A DNA stretch of 64,000 nt, taken from Candidatus Competibacteraceae bacterium. GTDB lineage: Bacteria > Pseudomonadota > Gammaproteobacteria > Competibacterales > Competibacteraceae. Below, piece by piece: positions 7,807 to 18,772 of this stretch. The DNA lies in contig JAGRHQ010000001.1 in NCBI GenBank assembly GCA_020444905.1, positions 810-64,809 on the forward strand. Reading direction: 5' to 3'. The notes under the pieces are model-generated. The model was not told the DNA's origin and did no database searches. It was given only the letters and a program-made list of their open reading frames with translations. The position numbers were made by a program, and so were the translations under genes. How positions within the stretch are numbered: position 1 is the first letter of the stretch; the number at the start of each line of letters is the position of its first letter.

Positions 7807-9939
7807 TTGGATTCTGGCCCCCAGCAGAGGTTAGAGCGCGTGTCTGAGCCTTCTGTCATTAACCTGTTGATCGTGGATCGCTCCCGATCTGATATTGACC
7901 ATATCGTCAAGACCCTTCGTGGCGATGATTATCAACTCGAATTGACCGAGACCAACCAGGTGGAAGAAGCTCGGAGTACGATCGACTATCAACCCCTGGA
8001 TATCATTCTTCTGCGACTGGCCGACGAATTGCCCACCATTGCCGAGATGCGGTTGATGGTGGCTGAAGCGCAGCAGGACATTCCCCTCGTAGTCGTAGTG
8101 GATGACGAACATCGCCAGGAACTTCGACCTTCTCGTCTGCTGGAAGAAGGCGCCGACAATTATTTTTACCTGGACGATGCCGATCATCTGGTTGCGGTCC
8201 TTCGCAAGGAGTTACGCCATCTCCAGGATCGCAAGCGCGAGAAATCGTTTGAGGTGCGCTTCAAGGAAGGGGAAATCCGCAGCCAAGCGTTGCTGGAAAA
8301 CATTCAGGAAGCCATTGCCTATATTCATGAGGGCGTTCACGCCTACGCCAACGCCGCCTACCTGCGCCTGTTCAGTTACGAGCGCAAGGAGGATCTGGCG
8401 AATATTCAACTGGTCCACATGGTCCCGCCTGGCTATCGGGATGCGCTGAAAAGCGTTTTACGCCGCAGTATCCGCTCTGGCAAAGCGATTGAACCCGTGG
8501 AGCTGGTCGGAGTACGCAGTAACGGCCAAACCTTTCCCATTCTGTTGGAGTGCGCTCCAACTCGAATGAATGACGAACCCTGCACCCAGATTCTCGTCCG
8601 CGATGCGACTCCAGAGAAAAGTCCTTACAATCAGCAACTGGAGGAAATGCTCAAGTTTGACGAGGTGACGGGCCTCTACAGCCGGCGATTTTTCCTGGAG
8701 TCAGTGGAAATTGAGCATGAAGGCTCCGTGTTGTATGTGCTGTTCACCGATTACTCCACGATTCGTCATTCGATGGGCTTTGAAGCCATCAGCCAATTCA
8801 TGCGCGACGCAGCGGGCTTGATCAAACGCATGCTGGATCCGGATGATATGGCGGCCTATTTCGCCAGCGAAGTCATTGTGATCTATGCGCCCACCCGCTC
8901 ATCGACCGATCCCTTGACGCTGGCTGAGCATATCCGCGCCACGATTGCTTCTCATAACTTCAAAATCAGTGGCAAGTTATTTACCACGACTTGCTGCGTG
9001 GGCATTTACGATGCCCGCGAAAGTCATGAAACCGCGTTGCAGATTCTGTCCCATGCCGATCGAGCCTGCGAGACCGCGCGGCAGAAAGGCGGTAATCAGG
9101 TTGACGTTTATACGCCACCCAAGGATGAGCACATCTCGGAGAGAGATGGCGGAGCGATCAGCGAGCAGGATGAAGCAACAATTCGTCTGATTCGCGAGGC
9201 GCTGACCAAGGGTCGTTTCAGTCTGAACTATCAACCGATTGTCAGCTTTGAAAGCGCGGAGGAAGCGCGCTATAAAGTCTATCTCCGGATTACGGATGAC
9301 GCGGGTGATCGCCAATCGATGGATAAGCTGGGCAATGTGGCGGTGCGGTATGGCATGATGAGCACCCTGGATAAATGGACCATCATTCGGGGGATGGCGG
9401 CATTGATTGAAATCCAGAAGAAAGGAGACAACCCTCCCATTCTTTTTATTCGGCTATCTCGTAATTCATTGGCCGACAAAGATTTCTTTGACTGGCTAGT
9501 CAAGCGCTTCAAGGAAAACCGACTGACGCCGCAATTCCTGGTGTTTGAAATTAAGGAAGATGACGCCGAGGAGGGCTTTGAGGAAACCCGATTGTTGCAA
9601 GTGCGCCTGCGGGAGTTAGGCTGTGGCCTTGCGCTGTCTCATTTTGGCGGCAAGCCGCATTCCGAGCGGCTGCTCGCAGAACTGACGCCGGACTATATCA
9701 AGCTGGATGGCAGCCTGATTGAGCGGTTGGCTAAGGCCAAGGATGAAAACAGCCGGCAGGCGATGGCGCAGCTCGCCCAGCGCGCGCATGAACTCAACAC
9801 CCGGGTCGTAGCCGCCGGGGTTATGACTGCGCCACAGATGGCCAGCATCTGGCAATTCGGCGTCACGTTAGTACAAGGCAATATGGTGGCGGAAGCCAGC
9901 GAACATCTGGATTTCGATTTTCGTCAGTATGCAGGGTGA
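7807..9939 (+). CDS. FimX-like REC-PAS-GGDEF-EAL protein with degenerate receiver, GGDEF and EAL motifs (probable c-di-GMP receptor)
   Basis: In the receiver, PLDIILLRLAD places Arg at the phospho-acceptor position. A PAS-like segment is present (ALLENIQEAIAYIHEG...). In the GGDEF domain (DEVTGLYSRRFF) the signature is replaced by YFASEV. In the EAL domain the YQPIV...EAL motif is replaced by YKVYLR, DDFG by SHFGG and EGVE by AAGVM. The start is TTG 7807 or GTG 7840. Confidence 0.75.
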   Translation: MDSGPQQRLERVSEPSVINLLIVDRSRSDIDHIVKTLRGDDYQLELTETNQVEEARSTIDYQPLDIILLRLADELPTIAEMRLMVAEAQQDIPLVVVVDDEHRQELRPSRLLEEGADNYFYLDDADHLVAVLRKELRHLQDRKREKSFEVRFKEGEIRSQALLENIQEAIAYIHEGVHAYANAAYLRLFSYERKEDLANIQLVHMVPPGYRDALKSVLRRSIRSGKAIEPVELVGVRSNGQTFPILLECAPTRMNDEPCTQILVRDATPEKSPYNQQLEEMLKFDEVTGLYSRRFFLESVEIEHEGSVLYVLFTDYSTIRHSMGFEAISQFMRDAAGLIKRMLDPDDMAAYFASEVIVIYAPTRSSTDPLTLAEHIRATIASHNFKISGKLFTTTCCVGIYDARESHETALQILSHADRACETARQKGGNQVDVYTPPKDEHISERDGGAISEQDEATIRLIREALTKGRFSLNYQPIVSFESAEEARYKVYLRITDDAGDRQSMDKLGNVAVRYGMMSTLDKWTIIRGMAALIEIQKKGDNPPILFIRLSRNSLADKDFFDWLVKRFKENRLTPQFLVFEIKEDDAEEGFEETRLLQVRLRELGCGLALSHFGGKPHSERLLAELTPDYIKLDGSLIERLAKAKDENSRQAMAQLAQRAHELNTRVVAAGVMTAPQMASIWQFGVTLVQGNMVAEASEHLDFDFRQYAG

Positions 9940-9980
9940 GTCGTGAGTAGCGAATAGGGCTTTCGCTACCCCTTGCTTCC

Positions 9981-10865
9981 CTATCCTCTCTGGCGCAGCG
10001 CGGCGATCCGCTCTTCCAGCGGCGGATGGGTCATCAGCAACTTGCGCAGTCCCTCACCCAAGCCGCCGTTGATGCCAAACGCCGCCATTTGCGAGGGCAA
10101 TTGCGAAGGCTCATGCAACTGTCGCAACCGCTCCAGCGCGGCGATCATTTTGCCGCGACTGGCCAGTCGCGCGCCGCCGGCGTCAGCATGAAACTCACGT
10201 TGGCGACTGAACCACATGACAACCAGCGACGCCAGGAAGCCAAATACGATTTCCATGATAAAGCTAGTGATGTAGTAGCCGATGCCGGGGCCGCGATACT
10301 CCCCGCCCCGCGAGAGCGCCTGATCCACCAGATAACCCACCACCCGCGACAGGGCGATCACAAATGTGTTCAGCACGCCTTGAATCAAGGTTAGCGTCAC
10401 CATGTCGCCATTAGCCACATGACTGACCTCATGGCCCAGCACCGCCTCGACTTCCTCGGCGCTCATCTGTTCCATCAGACCGGTGCTCACCGCGACCAAG
10501 GCATGATTGCGGCTGGCACCGGTGGCAAAGGCATTCGGTTCCGGCGAATGATAAAGGGCGACTTCCGGCATCCCGATTCCGGCATTCTGAGCCTGGCGAC
10601 GGACGGTTTCCACCAGCCACAACTCGGTTTGGGTGCGGGGTTGCTCGATGACTTGAGCGCTGACCGACATTTTTGCGATCCATTTCGACATGAGCAGCGA
10701 AATCAGGGAGCCGCCCATACCGAAAATAGCCGAGAAGATCAACAGACCGGTGAGATTGAGGCCGGTCCCGACCAGAAAGCGATCAACTCCGAGTAAACGA
10801 GTGATGACGCCGAGCAGAATGATCACGGCCAGATTGGTGACAACAAACAGAAAAATACGCTTCAT
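9981..10865 (-). CDS. htpX: Membrane zinc metalloprotease HtpX (M48)
   Basis: [19 protein letters not shown]..., HEXXH motif as [11 protein letters not shown], and four hydrophobic segments. 294 aa. Confidence 0.93.
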   Translation of the reverse strand: MKRIFLFVVTNLAVIILLGVITRLLGVDRFLVGTGLNLTGLLIFSAIFGMGGSLISLLMSKWIAKMSVSAQVIEQPRTQTELWLVETVRRQAQNAGIGMPEVALYHSPEPNAFATGASRNHALVAVSTGLMEQMSAEEVEAVLGHEVSHVANGDMVTLTLIQGVLNTFVIALSRVVGYLVDQALSRGGEYRGPGIGYYITSFIMEIVFGFLASLVVMWFSRQREFHADAGGARLASRGKMIAALERLRQLHEPSQLPSQMAAFGINGGLGEGLRKLLMTHPPLEERIAALRQRG

Positions 10866-10896
10866 GATGGCGCTCCGCGAGGATGATGTTGAAGAC

Positions 10897-10925
10897 TCTA
10901 TAGGCGCTTGGGGGAGAATTTCAAG
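10897..10925 (-). promoter_or_regulatory. Candidate sigma-32 (heat-shock) promoter of htpX
   Basis: The minus strand reads CTTGAAA (10925-10919), a 14-nt spacer, then CCTATAGA (10904-10897). The recalled consensus is CTTGAAA-N13-15-CCCCATnT. The -35 is exact and the -10 partial. It lies about 30 nt upstream of the htpX ATG. Confidence 0.35.
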
Positions 10926-10959
10926 GAATGGCTATTGACTTCCCTTTTCCTCTACAAGG

Positions 10960-12093
10960 TCAGAGGTGAGAGGAGCTGATCAACATGGCGTCGCCATAGC
11001 TGAAGAACCGGTAACGCTGTTCAACGGCGTGGCGATAAGCGTTAAGAATTTGCGCGCGGCCAACGAAAGCCGCAACCAGCATCAGTAGAGTGGATTCCGG
11101 TAGATGAAAATTAGTAATCAGCGCGTCCACGCTGCGAAAGCGATAACCGGGGTAAATGAAAATCCGGGTTTCGCCGCTCCACGGTTGAAGAAGATGATTC
11201 TCGCCGGCAGCAGTTTCCAACGCCCGCACGACAGTAGTGCCGACTGCGACGATCCGCCCGCCGCGCGCCTGGGTCGCCTGAATCTGCTGGCAAACCGCTG
11301 CGCTGACCTCAATCCATTCGGCATGCATCTTATGCGCTTCAATACGCTCTGCCCGCAACGGTTGAAACGTGCCAGCACCAACATGCAAGGTAACAAAAGT
11401 GGATTCGATTCCCCGTTCGGTGAGCCGATCAAGCAAGGTCTGATCAAAGTGCAAACCGGCGGTGGGCGCGGCCACAGCACCGGGTTGGCGGGCGTAGATA
11501 GTCTGATAACGCTCCCGATCTTCCCCGGTCGGTTCGCGGGTGATATAAGGCGGCAGGGGAATGCGGCCACACTGTTCGAGCAGCGCCAGTAGTAGTTGAT
11601 CCCCATCCAGGCGAATTTCGAACAAATCATCATGACGACCGAGGACGGTCGCGCTGAAACCGGCGTCGAATTGCAATTTTCCACCGGATTTTGGCGCTTT
11701 ACTGACCCGAAGTTGGACCAGCGCCCGTCGTTCATCCAGCAGCCGCTCCACCAGCAGTTCGAACCGGCCGCCGCTGGCCTTGTGTCCAAACAACCGGGCT
11801 GGAATCACCCGGGTGTCATTAAAGACCAGTAGATCGCCTGGCCGCAGCAGCTCGGGCAACTCACGGAACCAGTGGTCGCCAAGTTGGCCGGTCGCGCTGT
11901 CCAGCGCCAGCAATCGGCTATCGCTACGTTGCAGCGGCGGATACTGGGCAATCAGTTCTGACGGCAGATCAAAATGGAAATCCTGCCGCCTTAGCGAGTG
12001 AGCCGGCGTTCCGGGAGTGGATCCGGTGGGCTTTTTCACTGCAACTGGGGTCACCGTGGAACCCTGATCACTGTCTAAACTCTGATTGATCAT
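10960..12093 (-). CDS. queA: S-adenosylmethionine:tRNA ribosyltransferase-isomerase QueA, with a ~35-aa N-terminal extension
   Basis: FHFDLPSELIAQYPPLQRSDSRLL, VFNDTRVIPARL, GAVAAPTAGLHF, VGTTVVRALE, FFSYGDAMLI. Confidence 0.93.
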   Translation of the reverse strand: MINQSLDSDQGSTVTPVAVKKPTGSTPGTPAHSLRRQDFHFDLPSELIAQYPPLQRSDSRLLALDSATGQLGDHWFRELPELLRPGDLLVFNDTRVIPARLFGHKASGGRFELLVERLLDERRALVQLRVSKAPKSGGKLQFDAGFSATVLGRHDDLFEIRLDGDQLLLALLEQCGRIPLPPYITREPTGEDRERYQTIYARQPGAVAAPTAGLHFDQTLLDRLTERGIESTFVTLHVGAGTFQPLRAERIEAHKMHAEWIEVSAAVCQQIQATQARGGRIVAVGTTVVRALETAAGENHLLQPWSGETRIFIYPGYRFRSVDALITNFHLPESTLLMLVAAFVGRAQILNAYRHAVEQRYRFFSYGDAMLISSSHL

Positions 12094-12119
12094 TCCGTTG
12101 CCATCATGTGGATATTGAA

Positions 12120-12884
12120 ATGCATAAGACCTTTCTGATTATCGCCGCACTGTACGCCGCCAGCAGCTTGGCTGCCGAAAATCAAAGCTCCGAACCGGCT
12201 GCGCCCGCGCCGAGCGTGGCTCCGATGACCCTCAAACAACCCGATCTGACCAAACTGCAAGCCGCGGTTAATGGCGAACAACCGGACAGTGTTGCTCCAA
12301 CGGCTATCCCTGGTTTGTTCGAGGTCATTCTGGGCGGCCAGGTCTTCTATCTGAGCGCGGATGGCCGTTTTGTCTTGCAGGGTGATCTGCTGGACCTGGA
12401 CTCCCGCGCCAATTTGACCGATCGCCGGCGTGGCGAATTGCGAGGCAAGGCGATCGAGACCATCAATGAAAAGGACATGGTGGTATTCGCGCCAGAGGCG
12501 GCGGTACAGCATACGGTGACGGTGTTTACTGATATTGACTGCGGTTATTGTCGCAAGATGCACAGTCAGATAGCTGCTTACAATAAGGAAGGCATCAAGA
12601 TACGCTATCTGTTGTTTCCGCGCGAGGGAATTAACTCCGATTCCTTCAATAAGGCGGTGGCGGTTTGGTGCGCCGACAATCGACAGGAAGCGATGACCAA
12701 AGCCAAACGTGGCGAAGAGATCGAGCGCAAAACCTGCGACAATCCAATCCAGGCGCAATTTGAACTGGGCCAGAAACTGGGTGTGCGCGGGACGCCGAGC
12801 ATGATCCTAGAAAATGGCGAACTGATTCCCGGTTACGTGCCGCCAACCCAATTGGCGCAACTTCTGGCAAAAGGTAACAATTGA
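12120..12884 (+). CDS. dsbC: Periplasmic thiol:disulfide interchange protein DsbC
   Basis: Signal peptide MHKTFLIIAALYAASSLAA, an N-terminal dimerisation region, a CGYC active site (FTDIDCGYCRKMH) and GTPSMIL. The start was moved from GTG 12108 to ATG 12120. Confidence 0.9.
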   Translation: MHKTFLIIAALYAASSLAAENQSSEPAAPAPSVAPMTLKQPDLTKLQAAVNGEQPDSVAPTAIPGLFEVILGGQVFYLSADGRFVLQGDLLDLDSRANLTDRRRGELRGKAIETINEKDMVVFAPEAAVQHTVTVFTDIDCGYCRKMHSQIAAYNKEGIKIRYLLFPREGINSDSFNKAVAVWCADNRQEAMTKAKRGEEIERKTCDNPIQAQFELGQKLGVRGTPSMILENGELIPGYVPPTQLAQLLAKGNN

Positions 12885-13012
12885 GAATTCATGTTCTACA
12901 ACCCTTTGGAGCCGTCACAGAAAATCCCATCTCCCGGTGGGATAGGGCCTACAATTAGCGCCGCCTGCTATGCTGGTATCCTCTCCCCGGCCTTGCCTCC
13001 CGGATCTGCGCT

Positions 13013-13320
13013 ATGCGTTTTTTCAACGCTAGAGTCCGGTTCGACCTGAGCGTCATTACTGCCTGTCGCCTCTACAGCGTTGAAACCTCGATGAAATTAT
13101 CAGGTTGATCAATCAGGAAAAATACTTTTTGCTCCACGCCCTGCGCCAGATCGGCAAGACTTCCTGTCGGCTGGGGCTGCGGGACTTGCTGAATCAGGGT
13201 GGACGCTACCAGACTGTTTACGCCAATCTGGAAACTGTCCAGGTAGCCCGCGAAGATGTCGCGATGGCCATGGCGGGCATTGTGCAAACACTGTTGTTAG
13301 GGCGTCCCGCTGTTTCATGG
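13013..13320 (+). pseudogene. Remnant (first ~100 codons) of a P-loop ATPase gene, with a frameshift, an in-frame stop and 3' truncation
   Basis: ATG 13013 gives MRFFNA. After a frame change the reading continues SPVRPERHYCLSPLQR, then TGA (13081-13083), then NLDEIIRLINQEKYFLLHALRQIGKTSCRLGLRDLLNQGGRYQTVYANLE... From memory this matches the N-terminus (MRFFNTAGP..HY...YFVLHAPRQTGKTS) of a widespread 400-500 aa ATPase family. The Walker-A Pro is replaced by Leu. The similarity dissolves into AT-rich sequence near 13320. Confidence 0.55.
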
Positions 13321-13600
13321 GTTTTGGCAAATATGAGTTTGCCTATTCCTACTCATTATTTTACCCAATTCTATTATATGACATTACAGCTATTGATCTT
13401 ATTATGAATAAGCTATTAATTATTTTTTAATATTTAAAAAATGATCATGTAAAAAATAATTCAAATAAAAATTAAACTACGAAACCGTATTCGCGATTAA
13501 GTAGAGATGGGCATAATATTTGTAGCTTTAGGCAAGCTATTTCTCTCCAAAAATTTATCATGAAGGCCCATTTCAACAGGCCATCCGCCTGAATTTTTAA

Positions 13601-14599
<999 letters not shown>

Positions 14600-14622
14600 T
14601 AGAACCGGATGAAGCGATTAAG

Positions 14623-14946
14623 ATGATGAAAACCCTTGGATACGCCACACATTCCCCTACCGGCGCGTTGAAACCGTTCACGTTCGAACGCCGCGAACCG
14701 CGACCCGAAGACGTCGTCATCGACATTCTGTATTGCGGGATCTGCCACTCGGACATTCACTCGGCTCGCAACGAATGGGGCTGGACGCAATACCTGTTCG
14801 TGCCCGGCCATGAAATCGTCGGCCAGGTCCGCACTGTGGGTGGCAAAATCAAGAACGTCAACACGGCTTACGACCGTACCGTCAAAGGTGATGTGAAGTA
14901 CCGTTTCGTTATCGATATGGCCACACTCAAACAGGACGCCGTATAA
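14623..14946 (+). pseudogene. Zn-dependent alcohol dehydrogenase (YahK-like) with a large in-frame internal deletion
   Basis: The N-terminal ~78 aa are typical: MKTLGYATHS...DILYCGICHSDIHSARNEWG...VPGHEIVGQVRTVGGKIKNV. They join directly to a typical extreme C-terminus, NTAYDRTVKGDVKYRFVIDMATL. The Rossmann domain, about 240 aa, is missing. Confidence 0.7.
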
Positions 14947-14978
14947 GCGACTGAATTATTGAGAAGGTGAATCGATCA

Positions 14979-15137
14979 ATGACCCACGGCATCGCCCCAC
15001 GGCGCATCCCTATCCTCGCGATCGTCCTGGTCAGCTACCTGATGATCATCCTGGATATTTCGATCATGATTACGGCGCTGTCGAAAATTCAGGATGCGCT
15101 CGGCTTTCCGGACGAATCATCCCATTTGATGCCGTGA
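14979..15137 (+). pseudogene. N-terminal fragment (52 codons) of an MFS (DHA2-type) transporter
   Basis: It is below the ORF-track size cutoff. My translation is MTHGIAPRRIPILAIVLVSYLMIILDISIMITALSKIQDALGFPDESSHLMP*. This is the typical first TM segment and loop of drug:H+ antiporters, followed by a premature stop. Confidence 0.55.
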
Positions 15138-15238
15138 GAACGGGTGGGTTACAAATACCGCCCGGGTCGAATGGCCCGAGCGGCGAGGCAACGCTGCAAC
15201 GACGAACGGGACACAATCCCCCGTTCGCCGCGAGTCGC

Positions 15239-17224
15239 TTACTCGAACTCGACGATGGCCTGATCAACCGCTAGGCTGTCGCCGGGCGCCGCGAGAATCT
15301 TAGCGACCTTGGCGTCATGATCGGCGCGCAATACGTTCTCCATCTTCATCGCTTCGATCACCGCCAGATCCTCACCCGCCTTGACTTCCTGGCCGACCTC
15401 AACATTGAGTTTGGTCAGCAGCCCCGGCATCGGCGATAGCAAATATTTTGACATGTCGGGCGCTTCCTTGACCGGCATCAGGGCCTGCAATTCCGCCACG
15501 AGTGGCGACATGACCATCACGTCGGCTTGCGAACCCCAGTGGAACAGCCGGTAAATCATGTCGCGACGCTCGACCTGGATGCAGATTTCCGTGCCATTCA
15601 ACGTCCCCTTGAACAAGGGATAACCGAATTGCCATTCGCTGCGCACCTGATAGGCCTCGCCCATATAGACCACGTCATAACCACCCTCGGCAGGATCGAT
15701 ATGAACTGGGTGCTGTTCGTCGCCCATCAGCACAACCCAGTCGTTTTTGACAACCCGTTCGTGGCCCAGCAACTGACCGCTAACTTTGGCGGCGCGATCC
15801 ATATACCGGCGATGCAGGAAAGCAGCGACTGAAATCAGCAGCGCCGGATCATCGTGCGGCACATCGGTCGCATGGAAACCGTTGGGATATTCCTCAGCGA
15901 TCATGTTGGTGCTGATGCGCCCGGTCATGAACCGGGTATGCACCATCAGCGCCGCCAGGAAGCTGATATTGTGCTGGACGCCGCGAATGAAAAATTCGTT
16001 CAGGGCGTCGCGCATGTGAGCGATGGCGCGGTCGCGGGTCGATCCGTAGGTGATCAGCTTGGCGATCATCGGATCGTAGTACATCGAGACTTCGCTGCCT
16101 TCGTAAATGCCGGTGTCGACCCGCACCACTTCGTTTTCCTTGGGCGGCAGGTATTTGACCAACCGGCCAATGGAAGGCAGGAAATTGCGGAATGGATCCT
16201 CGGCGTAAACGCGCGCTTCGATGGCCCAGCCCTTGAGCCGCACATCGTCCTGGGTGAAACCCAGCTTCTCTCCGGCGGCCACGCGGATCATCTGCTCGAC
16301 CAGGTCGAGGCCGGTCACATATTCCGTGACCGGATGTTCGACCTGCAAGCGAGTATTCATCTCCAGGAAGTAGAAGTTGCGCTTGGCGTCAACGATGAAT
16401 TCCACCGTACCGGCGGACTGATAATCCACTGCCTGGGACAGCGCCACAGCCTGCTCGCCCATCGCCCGGCGGGTCTTCTCATCCAGGAACGGCGAAGGCG
16501 CTTCTTCGATCACTTTCTGATGGCGACGTTGCAGGGAGCATTCACGCTCGCCCAGATAGACGATATTGCCGAAACTGTCGCCGAGCACCTGGATTTCGAT
16601 GTGGCGCGGCTCCTCGATGTATTTCTCGACAAACACCCGGTCGTCGCCGAAGGAGGAGCGCGCTTCGTTGGTGGCGCGTTCAAAACCATCCCGGCACTCA
16701 GCGTCGTTCCAGGCGATGCGCATGCCCTTGCCGCCGCCGCCCGCGCTGGCCTTGAGCATCACTGGATAACCGATGTCGCGCGCAATCTCCACCGCCTGGT
16801 CAGCGTCCTTGATGATTTCGGTATAGCCGGGCACGGTGCTGACGCCGGCTTCCTTGGCCAGTTTTTTGGAGGTGATCTTGTCGCCCATGGCGTCGATGGC
16901 GCGCACCTTGGGGCCGATGAACACGATGCCTTCCTTTTCCAGCGCTTCGCAGAACGCGGGCCGCTCGGACAGGAAGCCATAACCGGGATGGACCGCTTCC
17001 GCGCCAGTGTCCTTACAGGCTTGGAGGATGCGCTCCATGACCAGATAGCTCTGGGCGGTCGGCGGCGGGCCAATCAGCACGGCTTCGTCAGCCATTTCCA
17101 CATGCAACGCGTCCCGGTCGGCCTCGGAATAGACAGCCACGGTTTTAATGCCCATTTTGCGGGCGGTCTTGATCACACGGCAGGCGATTTCGCCGCGGTT
17201 GGCGATGAGAATTTTTTTAAACAT
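15239..17224 (-). CDS. pccA: Propionyl-CoA carboxylase alpha subunit (biotin carboxylase + BCCP)
   Basis: MFKKILIANRGEIACRVIKTARKMGI..., ATP-grasp motifs, and a C-terminal biotinyl motif EAMKMEN. 661 aa. It lies directly downstream of the carboxyltransferase gene. Confidence 0.9.
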   Translation of the reverse strand: MFKKILIANRGEIACRVIKTARKMGIKTVAVYSEADRDALHVEMADEAVLIGPPPTAQSYLVMERILQACKDTGAEAVHPGYGFLSERPAFCEALEKEGIVFIGPKVRAIDAMGDKITSKKLAKEAGVSTVPGYTEIIKDADQAVEIARDIGYPVMLKASAGGGGKGMRIAWNDAECRDGFERATNEARSSFGDDRVFVEKYIEEPRHIEIQVLGDSFGNIVYLGERECSLQRRHQKVIEEAPSPFLDEKTRRAMGEQAVALSQAVDYQSAGTVEFIVDAKRNFYFLEMNTRLQVEHPVTEYVTGLDLVEQMIRVAAGEKLGFTQDDVRLKGWAIEARVYAEDPFRNFLPSIGRLVKYLPPKENEVVRVDTGIYEGSEVSMYYDPMIAKLITYGSTRDRAIAHMRDALNEFFIRGVQHNISFLAALMVHTRFMTGRISTNMIAEEYPNGFHATDVPHDDPALLISVAAFLHRRYMDRAAKVSGQLLGHERVVKNDWVVLMGDEQHPVHIDPAEGGYDVVYMGEAYQVRSEWQFGYPLFKGTLNGTEICIQVERRDMIYRLFHWGSQADVMVMSPLVAELQALMPVKEAPDMSKYLLSPMPGLLTKLNVEVGQEVKAGEDLAVIEAMKMENVLRADHDAKVAKILAAPGDSLAVDQAIVEFE

Positions 17225-17239
17225 GGATCGCTTCCCCCT

Positions 17240-18772
17240 TTACAGCGGAATGTTGCCGTGCTTGCGCCACGGATTTTCGAGTTCCTTGTCCCGCAACATG
17301 GCCAGCGAGCGGCAAATGCGCTTGCGGGTGCCGTGCGGCATGATGACGTCATCGATAAAGCCGCGATGGCCGGCAATGAACGGGTTAGCGAATTTTCTGC
17401 GGTATTCTTCGGTGCGGGCTTCGATCTTGGCCAGATCGCCGATATCCTGGCGGAAAATGATTTCCACCGCGCCTTTGGGACCCATGACCGCGATTTCGGC
17501 GGTCGGCCAGGCGAAGTTGACATCGCCGCGCAGATGCTTGGAACTCATTACGTCGTATGCGCCGCCATAAGCTTTACGGGTAATGATGGTGACCTTGGGC
17601 ACCGTGCATTCGGCGTAGGCGTAGAGCAACTTGGCGCCGTGCTTGATAATGCCGCCGTACTCCTGCGACGTACCTGGCATGAAGCCGGGCACGTCGACGA
17701 AGGTAATGATGGGAATATTAAAGGCATCGCAGAAGCGCACGAAACGAGCGGCTTTGATCGAGGACTTGATGTCCAGGCAACCGGCCAGCACCATAGGCTG
17801 GTTAGCGACAATGCCTACCGGCCAGCCGTCCATGCGCGCCAGGCCGACGATGATGTTTTTGGCGTTGTCCGGCTGAATCTCGAAGAAGTCGACATCATCC
17901 ACAATCTTCAGGATTAGCTCTTTGATGTCGTAGGGCTTATTGGGATTGTCGGGAATCAGCGTATCCAGCGAATAGTCCAACCGGTCCGCCGGGTCGGGGG
18001 TCGGGCGGAATGGCGGCTTCTCCTTGTTGTTCGCCGGCAGGAAATTAATAAAGCGGCGCAGCATCAACAGCGCTTCGATGTCGTTCTCGAACGCCCGATC
18101 ACACACGCCCGATTTGACCGAGTGTGTCATAGCGCCGCCCAGTTCTTCGGCAGTCACTTCCTCGTGAGTGACGGTTTTGACCACTTCGGGACCGGTCACA
18201 AACATATACGAGGTATCCTTGACCATAAAGATAAAGTCGGTCATGGCCGGGGAATACACTGCGCCACCGGCGCAAGGCCCCATAATCATGGAAATTTGCG
18301 GAATGACTCCGGAGGCCATGACGTTGCGCTGAAACACGTTGGCGTAACCGGCCAGCGAATCCACTCCTTCCTGGATGCGGGCACCGCCAGAGTCGTTCAG
18401 ACCGATGACCGGCGCGCCGACCTTGATGGCGTGATCCATGATCTTGCAGATTTTTTCGGCGTGAGGTTCGGACAGCGAACCGCCAAATACCGTGAAATCC
18501 TGGCTGAATACGAAGACGATCCGACCATTGACCGTACCGTAACCGGTGACTACCCCATCGCCGGGAATGGAGGTATCGGCCATGCCGAAGTCGGCGCAGC
18601 GATGCTCGACGAACATGTCCCATTCTTCAAAACTGCCCGGATCGAGCAGTACTTCGATGCGCTCGCGGGCGCTGAGTTTGCCCCGCTTATGCTGCGCGTC
18701 AATGCGGCGCTGACCCCCGCCCAGACGGGCGCCGGCGCGCTTTTCTTCTAATTGATGAATAATGTCATGCAT
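17240..18772 (-). CDS. pccB: Propionyl-CoA carboxylase beta subunit (carboxyltransferase)
   Basis: [20 protein letters not shown]...[32 protein letters not shown]..., [26 protein letters not shown]. 510 aa. Confidence 0.9.
   Translation of the reverse strand: MHDIIHQLEEKRAGARLGGGQRRIDAQHKRGKLSARERIEVLLDPGSFEEWDMFVEHRCADFGMADTSIPGDGVVTGYGTVNGRIVFVFSQDFTVFGGSLSEPHAEKICKIMDHAIKVGAPVIGLNDSGGARIQEGVDSLAGYANVFQRNVMASGVIPQISMIMGPCAGGAVYSPAMTDFIFMVKDTSYMFVTGPEVVKTVTHEEVTAEELGGAMTHSVKSGVCDRAFENDIEALLMLRRFINFLPANNKEKPPFRPTPDPADRLDYSLDTLIPDNPNKPYDIKELILKIVDDVDFFEIQPDNAKNIIVGLARMDGWPVGIVANQPMVLAGCLDIKSSIKAARFVRFCDAFNIPIITFVDVPGFMPGTSQEYGGIIKHGAKLLYAYAECTVPKVTIITRKAYGGAYDVMSSKHLRGDVNFAWPTAEIAVMGPKGAVEIIFRQDIGDLAKIEARTEEYRRKFANPFIAGHRGFIDDVIMPHGTRKRICRSLAMLRDKELENPWRKHGNIPL

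Noticed and set aside
9947-9969. Hairpin GTAGCGAA-tagggct-TTCGCTAC between the FimX-like gene and the convergent htpX
   Set aside because: It is a plausible shared terminator stem, but no U-run follows on either strand. The evidence is insufficient to annotate it.
12090-12758. 222-aa minus-strand ORF and neighbouring minus-strand ORFs
   Set aside because: They lie antisense to dsbC (CGYC active site and signal peptide on the plus strand). No recognisable features are present.
15854-17917. 687-aa plus-strand ORF, the longest unassigned ORF in the track, together with other plus-strand ORFs across 15399-18751
   Set aside because: It lies antisense to the unmistakable pccA and pccB genes. Its translation is low-complexity and rich in Gly, Ala, Arg, His and Asp, which is typical of the reverse frame of GC-rich coding DNA. 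I see no motif and no RBS.
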